Virus genome (UHGV): UHGV-0164981
Direction: 5' to 3' (one strand)
DNA length: 43,926 nt
Source: a virus
The translations under genes and the position numbers were made by a program. Below are positions 36,100-43,926 of this stretch, piece after piece. Numbering within the stretch: position 1 is the first letter of the stretch; each line of letters starts with the position of its first letter. The notes under the pieces were generated by a model. That model did no database searches. It saw nothing but the letters and a program-made list of their open reading frames with translations, and was not told the DNA's origin.

Positions 36100-36455
36100 T
36101 TTCTCACCTGAATGAAGTAGGCCACAACATCATCGTTAACCATCTTCTTCTCGATGGCTACTACTGACCATTGCTCGCCGCCGAATTGCACCTTGTCTTC
36201 CATTTTCGGAACGACGCTGTAATCGGCTTTAACAATCATGTCTCCGGCCTGAATGGTTGTACCGTTAACTAAACCTGCGTTAACCGGAACAGGCGCGGCT
36301 TTCAACGGCAGCACTTCATCCGCAGACCAGACGTATTCACCGAGAACCTCATCCCACACTTTCGAGCCAGCGCGAACCAGAGATACCGCGCTGCCGAATT
36401 TGGTTAGCAGGCGTGTACCCACGCCCTGCATACGTTTACTAAAGGCGGTGCTCAT
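36096..36455 (-). CDS. head-tail connector protein
   Basis: Track ORF 36096-36509; the internal ATG at about 36455 abuts the upstream stop, giving about 119 aa. Confidence 0.35.
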   Translation of the reverse strand: MSTAFSKRMQGVGTRLLTKFGSAVSLVRAGSKVWDEVLGEYVWSADEVLPLKAAPVPVNAGLVNGTTIQAGDMIVKADYSVVPKMEDKVQFGGEQWSVVAIEKKMVNDDVVAYFIQVRK

Positions 36456-37069
36456 TACGCAGCCTCCAGTCTCGAGATAACCAGTAACGCAGAAGGTGCT
36501 GTACCCCACGCGGTTACGGTCGCGGCCTGTGGGTATACACCGCCGAAGTTCGTCCCGGCACTGTCACGCATAATCTGAACGGCAAATGTTTGCCCGGCGG
36601 TTGGATTAATCACCACACGGGATTCAATAGGGATGGTGGTTTCCGCGCTAACCAGTTTCGTAGCTGCCGGTGAGCCGTATTGCGTGCCGTTAACCAGAAT
36701 GCGTGACAACAAGATAGACGTACCACTGGCTCCGGTGCGCCCGGCCTGTAACTTGATGCGAACGGCATAGTTACCGGCTGTGTTGAAAGTTACCAGACCT
36801 GCGGCGTTAATCATAACCGGGTCGGAGGCGCTACCTTGCGCGGCACCGAAGGTTAGCTGCAACGCGGTATCGACCGCGGACGGAGCCTGGACGACAGTAG
36901 ACGCAGCGCGAAGCACCTCAACCTCTTTCACGCCAGGAGTGGCATAAATAGGCGAGTCAGCCATTTGAGTGAGAACACCGCGTAACTTCTCCGGGGGGAT
37001 TAACCCGGTTGTGTTATCTGGCAATTCAGACCCGATTAGCGCAAATATCTCTGTTTTAGTCTTCGCCAT
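36455..37069 (-). CDS. virion structural protein
   Basis: 204-aa ORF in the head-tail joining block. Confidence 0.35.
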   Translation of the reverse strand: MAKTKTEIFALIGSELPDNTTGLIPPEKLRGVLTQMADSPIYATPGVKEVEVLRAASTVVQAPSAVDTALQLTFGAAQGSASDPVMINAAGLVTFNTAGNYAVRIKLQAGRTGASGTSILLSRILVNGTQYGSPAATKLVSAETTIPIESRVVINPTAGQTFAVQIMRDSAGTNFGGVYPQAATVTAWGTAPSALLVISRLEAA

Positions 37070-37071
37070 TT

Positions 37072-37584
37072 TTAACCCCGGTACACGTTAAACGAGAAGC
37101 CATTGTTAAGGCCGCCGCAAAGAAGCGGGCGCAAGGCATCATCCGCTGCGGTGATTGATGTAGTAGCGCCAGAGCTGCCGTTGTTGAAGTAGGTGACTGT
37201 TACCGCGCCCTCTACGCGCTCGGTCTGTACTGAACGCCCGTCTGAGTTGGCACGTACCTCTGTGCCAGAACCGTATGTTACAGAGGCGATTACCTGAGCA
37301 AGAATTACCTGCTTAGGAATTACATTATTAGCCACAGGGAAGCCGTTCAGCGTTACCCCGGTTCGCGGGTACGCCAGTGACTGCTCGGCGGACACACGGC
37401 GACCACACATCTGCGGTTCAGACAGGCCAACATAAGTAGCGCCGTTGCGCAGGGCCACCTCTGCGGCAGTATCGTCCGCAGGCAACTCCAGACCGTAATT
37501 AGCCGCTAACGCGCGGGCGTCAGCCAGACTAACGTAACTGTCAGCGTCAGGTACTATCGACCCGTCTTCCACGATTAGCGGCAT
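37072..37584 (-). CDS. virion structural protein
   Basis: 170-aa ORF in the head-tail joining block. Confidence 0.35.
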   Translation of the reverse strand: MPLIVEDGSIVPDADSYVSLADARALAANYGLELPADDTAAEVALRNGATYVGLSEPQMCGRRVSAEQSLAYPRTGVTLNGFPVANNVIPKQVILAQVIASVTYGSGTEVRANSDGRSVQTERVEGAVTVTYFNNGSSGATTSITAADDALRPLLCGGLNNGFSFNVYRG

Positions 37585-37803
37585 AAATTATTCCTCTGAC
37601 TTACGGCGACGACGCTTGGCACCACCGCCGTTGTTGTGCGCTTCTTCGTTGTCCGGTTGAGCTGCGACCAGTTCATCAGCTTCTACCACACCGCGAACAG
37701 GCATCACCTGACCGTCAACAACATCAACGTGGGTGTACTTTTCGCGGATTACATAATTATCTGCCATGGCCTTTCCTTATTACGGCCCCGAAGGGCCGTT
37801 GCA

Positions 37804-38157
37804 TTAAGATACAGTTACTACGGAGCTACTGGAGATAATATTACCATATACATCCTGAACAACCACTTTATACGTACCGGAATCGGTAGACGCGACGGTG
37901 GTTGATTTGGTGTACGTAGCTGCTGTAGCGCCTGCGATGGCGTTATTATCCTTGAACCACTGATAGGAATAAGGAGCCAGCCCACCGGTCGCCACAACGG
38001 TAAGGGTTAACGCGTTAGGTGCGGTAACCGCGGTAGTAGCCGCAAGCGGGGTAGAAAAAGATGCTGGTGAGATATTTGCCATGTCGATTTCAACCTGACC
38101 GTCGGCAGGAGAATCATCAGAAACACCGGTAATACGACGCTTGATTACATCAACCAT
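37804..38157 (-). CDS. Ig-like domain protein (possible capsid decoration)
   Basis: 117 aa; C-terminal APYSYQWFKDNNAIAGATAATYT...DSGTYKVVVQDVYGN fits an Ig-like beta-sandwich signature (Y.W.KD...Y.....D.G.Y.C/V). Confidence 0.5.
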   Translation of the reverse strand: MVDVIKRRITGVSDDSPADGQVEIDMANISPASFSTPLAATTAVTAPNALTLTVVATGGLAPYSYQWFKDNNAIAGATAATYTKSTTVASTDSGTYKVVVQDVYGNIISSSSVVTVS

Positions 38158-38168
38158 TTTTAATCTCC

Positions 38169-38423
38169 TTATGATTCGATTACACCGGCGGCGCGTAGTT
38201 GCGCCAGAAGTGCATTTAGTTTAGTGCCTACGGCGTTAACCGCGGTCTGTGCGGACGTAGCAACCGCGGCGACATCCCCACCAGTAACGGTTTGCGTACC
38301 GATGTTCGCTACCGCAGCACCCTTCTTAACCAGTCCGGCGGTTTCTGCCGTTGCTTCTGGCACAACATTACTGAAATCGGTGTTCTCAAGGCTGCGAGGC
38401 AAGCCTTTTCCGGTCTTAGCCAT
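38169..38423 (-). CDS. small virion protein
   Basis: 84-aa Ala/Thr/Val-rich ORF immediately downstream of the capsid gene terminator hairpin; AAGAGG RBS. Confidence 0.4.
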   Translation of the reverse strand: MAKTGKGLPRSLENTDFSNVVPEATAETAGLVKKGAAVANIGTQTVTGGDVAAVATSAQTAVNAVGTKLNALLAQLRAAGVIES

Positions 38424-38440
38424 AATTTACCTCTTAGTAA

Positions 38441-38464
38441 AAGAAAAGGGGACCGAAGTCCCCT
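38441..38464 (-). terminator. hairpin GGGGAC-CGAA-GTCCCC with U-rich tail, right after the major capsid gene
   Basis: Read from sequence; a strong stem-loop immediately after the capsid gene is a common attenuator position. Confidence 0.55.
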
Positions 38465-38481
38465 TAGATTATACATACAAA

Positions 38482-39531
38482 TTAAGCACCAACACCAGTT
38501 ACCAGGAAGGCAATAGGTACATGCTTACGGTCAACAACACGGTTCCAGTTGGAGGCGTTCGCCAGGTCCTGCCAGGAAGCAGAGCGGGCGATAGTCTCGG
38601 TCCCGTTGCCAGTGATTACCGCGCTGGTGAAGCTGTAACCAAACGGATGCAGCAACCAGGTCTTACGGGTCCACAGGGTTTCAACGCCACCACCGTTACC
38701 ACGAGACGCTTCGCGTTCGTATTCCAGCGGGTTAGACGGGTTGCCCTCGCCGTAACCGATAGCACCGTTACCGAAGATGATGGAGATGAACTTACGGCTC
38801 GGGCCGGTGCCGACTACGGTCATGCTGTCGTCAACAATCACGCGGTAGCCCTGGTAAGTAGCAAACATGGTGTTGTTATCGGCGTCGCGGATGAAGTCGA
38901 TAAGCTGCTGTTTACGTGCCTGCGCATATACGAAGCTGTGCATCGCGATAGCGCCCAACACTTCACCGCCGTTGCCCATCAGCGCATCACCCATAGTCTG
39001 GGTAGCGTCGATGAACGCGCCCGAGTCGAAGCCCAGGGTGGCGGACACGTCCACTACCATGTCGTTCTGCTCGTGGTATGCGTCGGTAGCGGCTACGTTG
39101 TCGTTGTACAGACCGAGCGCGGTAGCAATCAGACGGCGTTGTGCCTGACGCTGCCAGAAGTTATCCAGACGGGACGCTACGGATTGCAGCGGGTTCTGGC
39201 TGGTCAGTTCAACAGTCAAATCCGCCTGGCCGAAACCTTCGTTCAGATAAGCCACGCGAACATCCATCTCACCGGTTTGCACGTTACGTGGGGTGGCGAC
39301 ATCCTGATACACATCGTTCGAGTAGTTCGGTTCGATAGAGGTATCAATCGCTTTCCAGTACGGCAGAACAGCTTTGTTGGACGGGCCGTTTGCGATAGCG
39401 GCGGCGTACGGAGTCGAGGTAAGGATACCGGACTGGAAGAACGCGGTTTTCTCTACCGGGTCCTCTGTCATGTAGGACAGGATTACCGATTCTTTACCAG
39501 TTACGATATCGCCGATAGTAGTAATTGCCAT
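38482..39531 (-). CDS. major capsid protein (putative)
   Basis: 349-aa ORF immediately downstream of the scaffold gene (start overlaps scaffold stop, GAGGAA RBS) and followed by a terminator hairpin. Confidence 0.6.
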   Translation of the reverse strand: MAITTIGDIVTGKESVILSYMTEDPVEKTAFFQSGILTSTPYAAAIANGPSNKAVLPYWKAIDTSIEPNYSNDVYQDVATPRNVQTGEMDVRVAYLNEGFGQADLTVELTSQNPLQSVASRLDNFWQRQAQRRLIATALGLYNDNVAATDAYHEQNDMVVDVSATLGFDSGAFIDATQTMGDALMGNGGEVLGAIAMHSFVYAQARKQQLIDFIRDADNNTMFATYQGYRVIVDDSMTVVGTGPSRKFISIIFGNGAIGYGEGNPSNPLEYEREASRGNGGGVETLWTRKTWLLHPFGYSFTSAVITGNGTETIARSASWQDLANASNWNRVVDRKHVPIAFLVTGVGA

Positions 39532-40235
39532 TATTTTTTCCTCAGGGCTTTAAGTTGCCGTTCAAATTCGGCAGGGTTCGATTCGTACAGAGCGATACGC
39601 TCCGCTTCACTCATGTCTTTAAACGCTGGTGCGGCCCCGCCGCCTTTGCTACCGGAAGCCCCGCCGCCGGAAGCTGCATTTGCTTTAATCAAATGCGAAA
39701 ACGCTTTGTGTTCGCGCAGGTATTTGCGGAACTGTTCCGGGTCAGTCGTGATTACGTTGCCATCTGCACCGACAAACTTAGTAACCACGTCATCACCCTC
39801 GAACTCAGTCTTAACGAACGGAGCAAGAATGTCTACTGCTTCCGGGGTAATAAAATCACCTGCGAAAGAGCCTAACACCGCTTTACGTTCGCTGCCGAGG
39901 ATGCGCTCTGCCATTTTGGAGATGCGACCATCTTTCTCGGCTAACACCGGGTCATACTGGCTACGAATCGTCTTTTCGAACTCGTCCATCTTACCGGCGG
40001 CTTTTAGCGCCTCCTGGTGCGCGCGCTGACGTTCCTCTTCGGCCTCTTTTGCTTTACGGGCGGCTTCTTTCTTCTCCGCCAGCAATGCTTCCTGATTGGC
40101 CTTAAGTCCGGCAACTTCTTTCTCAATCATCGCCTGAACTTCTTCAGCGGTGAACATTTTTGGAGCGTCGCCACCGCCAGATTTATCTTCTGCCCCAGCT
40201 TCTTCCTGGAACGGATAGTGTAAAAAACGATTCAT
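39531..40235 (-). CDS. scaffolding protein
   Basis: About 234 aa from the internal ATG (MNRFLHYPF...); highly charged, Ala/Glu/Lys-rich coiled-coil-like sequence (KEAARKAKEAEEERQRAHQEALKAAGK) directly upstream of the capsid gene. Confidence 0.6.
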   Translation of the reverse strand: MNRFLHYPFQEEAGAEDKSGGGDAPKMFTAEEVQAMIEKEVAGLKANQEALLAEKKEAARKAKEAEEERQRAHQEALKAAGKMDEFEKTIRSQYDPVLAEKDGRISKMAERILGSERKAVLGSFAGDFITPEAVDILAPFVKTEFEGDDVVTKFVGADGNVITTDPEQFRKYLREHKAFSHLIKANAASGGGASGSKGGGAAPAFKDMSEAERIALYESNPAEFERQLKALRKK

Positions 40236-40317
40236 AGTCAGTATGTCCCCTGGACGTTGGAATCCGGGCCTCCCGGATTTACATGTCAAGAATAAATTAT
40301 TCCAACATACAAGGCAA

Positions 40318-40581
40318 CTATTCCAGAATATTCCTCACGTAATCCTGCAACATGAACACTTTCAGTCTCAGTTGCCGTGTGCATTCGGCGTTCTGAACGT
40401 CGATGGCTAAATCCTCGTCAGCGTCGCTACTTGGCGGTGCCAGTTTGCACGGTGGTTGCATCATCGTCGTATCCGGGGATGGAATTGGCGTTTGCAACGG
40501 CGCGGGACTTGAGCAGGACGCGAGCATCATCGAAAGTGCACACGCTGCGACCAGGCGTTTTAATGTACTTAACGACTTCAC
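40318..40581 (-). CDS. o-spanin (Rz1-like outer-membrane lipoprotein)
   Basis: 87 aa; signal peptide with lipobox (LAACALSMMLASC), Pro-rich mature part (PAPLQTPIPSPD...PPCKLAPP); starts inside and in a different frame from the Rz-like gene. Confidence 0.55.
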   Translation of the reverse strand: MKSLSTLKRLVAACALSMMLASCSSPAPLQTPIPSPDTTMMQPPCKLAPPSSDADEDLAIDVQNAECTRQLRLKVFMLQDYVRNILE

Positions 40582-40813
40582 GTGTAATTACCTCTGATTT
40601 CGTCTTACCTTCGTTGTCAGCGGCTGCGGCCTTTGATTCATCCTGCTGCTGCCGTTGTGTTTTCTTCGCTAGCTCAGCCTGTGCTTTCTGCTGTTGCTGC
40701 GAAACGAGATTAGCACGGCCTTCACCCCAGCCGCTGCGGTATTGATAGATGCCGTGTGCGTAGGCCAGGACGACGAAACATGCTCCGGCTACGACAGTTG
40801 CTTTAAGATTCAT
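40427..40813 (-). CDS. i-spanin (Rz-like)
   Basis: 128 aa; N-terminal TM (VVAGACFVVLAYAHGIYQY) followed by Gln/Ala/Lys-rich coiled-coil-like periplasmic region; overlapped by the lipoprotein ORF. Confidence 0.55.
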   Translation of the reverse strand: MNLKATVVAGACFVVLAYAHGIYQYRSGWGEGRANLVSQQQQKAQAELAKKTQRQQQDESKAAAADNEGKTKSEVITREVVKYIKTPGRSVCTFDDARVLLKSRAVANANSIPGYDDDATTVQTGTAK

Positions 40814-40835
40814 GTTTCCCCTTTCTCGATAAGTA

Positions 40836-40855
40836 AAGCCCCGCCTTAAAGCGGG
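40836..40855 (-). terminator. hairpin GCCCCGC-CTTAAA-GCGGGGC just upstream of the Rz-like gene
   Basis: Same stem as at 9725-9744; on the minus strand it is followed by a U-rich tract. Confidence 0.4.
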
Positions 40856-41064
40856 GCGCTAGTCCTTATCATTTAAACATAGAAACGGCGTAATCTCAGT
40901 AAACCAGTTACTTTTTACACAAGCAATAGAGTATGGCCCTTCCGAACGCGTCAGCGTAACTACACTCAGGACTTACGTCCCGCTCCGTTACCTGCCCGCG
41001 CCGCGGTCGCTTGTTCATACTTCACAAGCTCAGGTGGAGCTTATCATATTTTCAGTGAAAAGTC

Positions 41065-41080
41065 AACTATTCGAATAGTT
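41065..41080. promoter_or_regulatory. perfect 16-bp palindrome AACTATTCGAATAGTT (candidate operator)
   Basis: Read directly; uses the same CTATTC/GAATAG half-sites as the spacer repeats of the class B promoters. Confidence 0.5.
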
Positions 41081-41132
41081 TATTCCAACGTTTACAATTG
41101 AGTGGAATAACTGGAATACGTAAATAAATAGT

Positions 41133-41161
41133 TTGCGCACACCAACATAATAGGGTACTAT
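41133..41161 (+). promoter_or_regulatory. class A promoter (TTGCGC-17 nt-TACTAT) driving the 41189 ORF
   Basis: GTTTGCGCAC accaacataataggg TACTATTCAG, then CAGGAG RBS and ATG. Confidence 0.55.
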
Positions 41162-41188
41162 TCAGTTAACTTAAACAGGAGATGAGAA

Positions 41189-41710
41189 ATGGTTACTACA
41201 GTAATTACTTTCCCTGCGTATGTAGGGGCAAAAATCTGCAGGGCTAAAAATGATGTGCGCTACTATTTGAACGCTTTTTACATAGACCCTGAAGGATTGA
41301 TAGTGTCTACGGACGGTCATAGATTGTTCTGCGACAATGTGAAGACCAATGTTGAGAAAGGGACTCTCATAGACATCAAAGGGAGAGAGCCTTCTAAATT
41401 TAACTACGCAGAGGTAAACCACGACAACGGCAGTGTAACTTTCTATGACGATAATCGTGCGCTTATATGCACGCTTCCGGTAGATGTTGTAGAAGGAAAC
41501 TTTCCTGACTGGAGACGCGTGGCGAACATCACACCGGGTGTTGTCGATAGTATAGGGTTCACTCTGCGCTATTTGGCAGACGCGTACAAGATTTCTAAGG
41601 CATACAAAAATGAAATTGCTCGTTTCGATTTCCAGGACCAAACCAGAGGATGTAAAATACTATTTTCAAACACGGCCTTTATGGTGTTAATGCCTGCGCG
41701 ATTTAAATAA
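41189..41710 (+). CDS. hypothetical protein encoded by a plus-strand moron inside the head module
   Basis: 173-aa ORF with AGGAG RBS, own promoter and terminator; no recognisable motifs, no TM segment or signal peptide. Confidence 0.55.
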   Translation: MVTTVITFPAYVGAKICRAKNDVRYYLNAFYIDPEGLIVSTDGHRLFCDNVKTNVEKGTLIDIKGREPSKFNYAEVNHDNGSVTFYDDNRALICTLPVDVVEGNFPDWRRVANITPGVVDSIGFTLRYLADAYKISKAYKNEIARFDFQDQTRGCKILFSNTAFMVLMPARFK

Positions 41711-41714
41711 AACT

Positions 41715-41737
41715 AAGGCCCCATAATGGGGCCTTTT
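41715..41737. terminator. bidirectional hairpin AGGCCCC-ATAAT-GGGGCCTTTT
   Basis: Between the convergent 41189-41710 (+) and 41739-42197 (-) genes. Confidence 0.6.
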
Positions 41738-41738
41738 A

Positions 41739-42197
41739 TCATTCTGTCTTAGAGACCTTCGCCGCTTTGCTTACGGCCTCTGCACCATCGGCATCAGTAA
41801 CTTTAACGAAGTATTCACCAGCCGCATTAACAGTCAGAGACAGAGCCTCTTCCGGGGCGTTCACCACTTCCTTCCCGTCTTTGTACCAGGTCAGTACATA
41901 CGGCGCTTTACCCGCCTTAACTTCGACGGTGATGGTGGCGCTACCGTCGACCAGCTCGGTGTCTTTCGGTTGCACAGAGAAATACACATCACCAGCATCT
42001 GCCAGATACGGAATCTCATAAAGCATACCAGCAGCAGAGAGTGCGATACCGGTCTTGTCCGCATACGGCATCTCGTCTACAGGTGTACCTAGTACACTTT
42101 CATCTTCAACGTAGGTTACGTTCTCACCAGAACCGGATACACGGGCGTACTGGACTACGCGACGCGACGGCACATCAGTTACTTTAAAAAAGCCCAT
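41739..42197 (-). CDS. Ig-like domain protein (possible capsid decoration)
   Basis: 152 aa; C-terminal APYVLTWYKDGKEV...AGEYFVKVTDADGAEA fits an Ig-like signature; second such protein in the virion module. Confidence 0.5.
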   Translation of the reverse strand: MGFFKVTDVPSRRVVQYARVSGSGENVTYVEDESVLGTPVDEMPYADKTGIALSAAGMLYEIPYLADAGDVYFSVQPKDTELVDGSATITVEVKAGKAPYVLTWYKDGKEVVNAPEEALSLTVNAAGEYFVKVTDADGAEAVSKAAKVSKTE

Positions 42198-42200
42198 AAA

Positions 42201-42824
42201 CTAAACCTCTTTCATTGAGTTAATCTTACGTAAGACGCCTTCGAAAAGGCGTGGGTCTATGCTATCGCAAAGACCTTTGTATTCATATGCTAATTCAATT
42301 TTTCTATGAAACCATGCTACGTGTGCCTCTTGAGCGGTTTCGTAAGCGCCTATTTGTTCAGATACGCCATCCACGGATACTTGAGCGATGAATCTTTTCT
42401 TTTGTTTATGGAAATGTACGCCGAGTGGGTGTTCGCCTCGAAGAGCGTCGTGGGCTGTTAGGAAAGTATTGAGGGATTTAGGGATGAAAACACAGTTAGA
42501 AGCATCGTAAACCTTATTTCCCGGGTTAAGTAAATCCTTATCTATCTGCCACCCAGGTACATAAAAATCATCAAACCAGACCTTGAAATTACTGAACACC
42601 AACCAATCGTCCGACACGCGGCAACCTATATAAGTTCTGTTTCTTTGCTGCCATTTCTTGTCGTAGCACCTCTTTAACATGTTCTTCCATACGGCGTAGG
42701 ACGCTATATGCACCCCTCCGCAACTTATTGGTGAAACATCGTTAATACCCACACCAAAAACAATTCCCATATTAAACCCTATAAGAAAACCCCATGAAGA
42801 TTGGTCGATGCCAGAGATAGGCAT
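42201..42824 (-). CDS. putative homing endonuclease-like DNA-binding protein with AP2-type domain
   Basis: 207 aa; C-terminal KKRFIAQVSVDGVSEQIGAYETAQEAHVAW resembles an AP2 DNA-binding domain; N-terminal half with conserved aromatic/Cys pattern; free-standing between two structural genes. Confidence 0.4.
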   Translation of the reverse strand: MPISGIDQSSWGFLIGFNMGIVFGVGINDVSPISCGGVHIASYAVWKNMLKRCYDKKWQQRNRTYIGCRVSDDWLVFSNFKVWFDDFYVPGWQIDKDLLNPGNKVYDASNCVFIPKSLNTFLTAHDALRGEHPLGVHFHKQKKRFIAQVSVDGVSEQIGAYETAQEAHVAWFHRKIELAYEYKGLCDSIDPRLFEGVLRKINSMKEV

Positions 42825-42894
42825 ACCTTCATGGGGTTATATTCTTTCTCTATTTTTAGTAGTTCACCGACCAAAGCTAGCTACTAGATATACT

Positions 42895-43875
42895 TTATAC
42901 CGACCTAAGATATTCAGCAACCCTGTTATCTAACGCCGCCATCTCCTTCAAGGTTAAAGGTCTACCAAAAGCGTCGACGGATATTACCCGGAATTCCTCT
43001 GGGGATATCCCACTATTCCTGAATATAGCACCGCGGGTAGGTCCGAGTGCTTCATCCACGAACCATGCCGGTTGCTGTTTCAGGAACTCGTAATAGGTGG
43101 TGTCTGCGCTTACCTGCATACCGCCGTCCGCACCCTTAGCCGCGCGTTTTGCACCTTTATCTAGGAAGTCGAACTCCGAACTGATTACCGGTGCAGTGGT
43201 ACTTCGACATCCAAAATGGGCGGGGGGCATCGGACCTTTACCGATTTCCCACGTCATCCCGTCTCTGGCCCTGCAAATCGTACTGGTACGACTGTCCAGC
43301 GTTGACACCCATTCGTATTTCTCGATGATGTCGTCGTTCTGGCGGTATGTCTCGTTGCGGGCTTCGTTGGATACGTGAGACAGCGCGGTGCGGATTACCG
43401 TAGCCGCGTTGCGTTCAGAGATGTCCGCCAGCCCACCAGCGCCTACGACATTTTTAACAATCTGCCGTGTGGTTTGGCCCTGAACAAACCCCATCTTAAC
43501 GCCGGTTACGAGGCGCGCGGCCTCCGTTTCACCCCAGCCTGCCATCAGCTTAGTGAAATCGACGGGCTTGTCGCTTAATGATAAGGGTTGAAACTCGGCA
43601 GCGGACCACACCTGTTCGGCGGTAGGCGTAACAAATTCCGCGTCAACGTTGGCGGTCAGTGTTTTTACGTTCCACTCAGCCTCATATGCGGCCAGTTCCT
43701 TAAGGTCTTCTGCCAGTTTTGTTTGCCAGTCACCTGTAAGCCCGGTTAATGCTTCTTCGAGGTCGCGTAACAGTTTATTCAGTCGCGCAGTGCTTCGCCC
43801 GTCATCGCCGAAAAGCAGCACCTGCCGTTTGATTTCGTCCCGCATCTCCTGAATAAACGGTGCGAGGTCTTTCAC
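42895..43875 (-). CDS. head morphogenesis protein (MuF / SPP1 gp7-like minor head protein)
   Basis: 326 aa; C-terminal region (WVSTLDSRTSTICRARDGMTW...PPAHFGCRS) resembles the conserved C-terminal motif of MuF-family proteins. Track start is a GTG; true start uncertain (possible internal ATG 10 codons downstream). Confidence 0.55.
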   Translation of the reverse strand: MKDLAPFIQEMRDEIKRQVLLFGDDGRSTARLNKLLRDLEEALTGLTGDWQTKLAEDLKELAAYEAEWNVKTLTANVDAEFVTPTAEQVWSAAEFQPLSLSDKPVDFTKLMAGWGETEAARLVTGVKMGFVQGQTTRQIVKNVVGAGGLADISERNAATVIRTALSHVSNEARNETYRQNDDIIEKYEWVSTLDSRTSTICRARDGMTWEIGKGPMPPAHFGCRSTTAPVISSEFDFLDKGAKRAAKGADGGMQVSADTTYYEFLKQQPAWFVDEALGPTRGAIFRNSGISPEEFRVISVDAFGRPLTLKEMAALDNRVAEYLRSV

Positions 43876-43926
43876 TTCGCCGGATGCGGCGCGTTGCAGC
43901 CATATCTGGTGGCTGATTAGAGATGT

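Noticed and set aside
38224-40029. 601-aa plus-strand ORF running antisense across the major capsid and scaffold genes
   Set aside because: It overlaps two well-supported minus-strand structural genes, has no RBS and start in sensible context, and its translation is low-complexity (Ala/Val/Arg/Gly-rich). Long antisense ORFs are expected opposite codon-biased genes.

Overview
The window reads as a complete or near-complete tailed dsDNA phage genome (about 44 kb); I saw no rRNA, tRNA, CRISPR array or integrase. All functional calls are from motifs read by eye and gene order, not database searches. Layout: (1) packaging genes on the minus strand (portal 82-1563, large terminase 1576-2826, putative small terminase 2823-3368); (2) a block of small minus-strand early-type genes (3579-9417) with an embedded lysis cassette (holin 6380-6688, second membrane protein 6115-6387, GH24-like endolysin 5649-6137); (3) a plus-strand replication module (9902-21154: AlpA-like HTH, primase-helicase fusion, PD-(D/E)xK nuclease, SSB-like protein, family A DNA polymerase, VRR-NUC, SF2 helicase), with one divergent XRE-type HTH gene on the minus strand; (4) a long minus-strand virion module (21186-43875: tailspike, tail fiber, minor tail proteins, tape measure, tail assembly chaperones, major tail, connector proteins, Ig-like proteins, major capsid, scaffold, Rz/Rz1 spanins, MuF-like head protein). 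Two plus-strand cassettes interrupt the virion module, each with its own promoter and hairpin terminator. The more interesting one (31694-34093) encodes a small immunity-like membrane protein followed by three translationally coupled enzymes: an HTH-metallophosphoesterase, a HAD phosphatase and a P-loop kinase. This is my best candidate for an undescribed accessory system, either nucleic-acid end-healing or nucleotide-pool reprogramming. The second (41189-41710) is a single ORF of unknown function. A conserved promoter family carrying GAATAG/CTATT inverted repeats recurs at eight or more intergenic sites and probably forms one regulatory network. Coordinates follow the ORF track; starts I adjusted by hand, and small ORFs not in the track, may be off by a few nucleotides.
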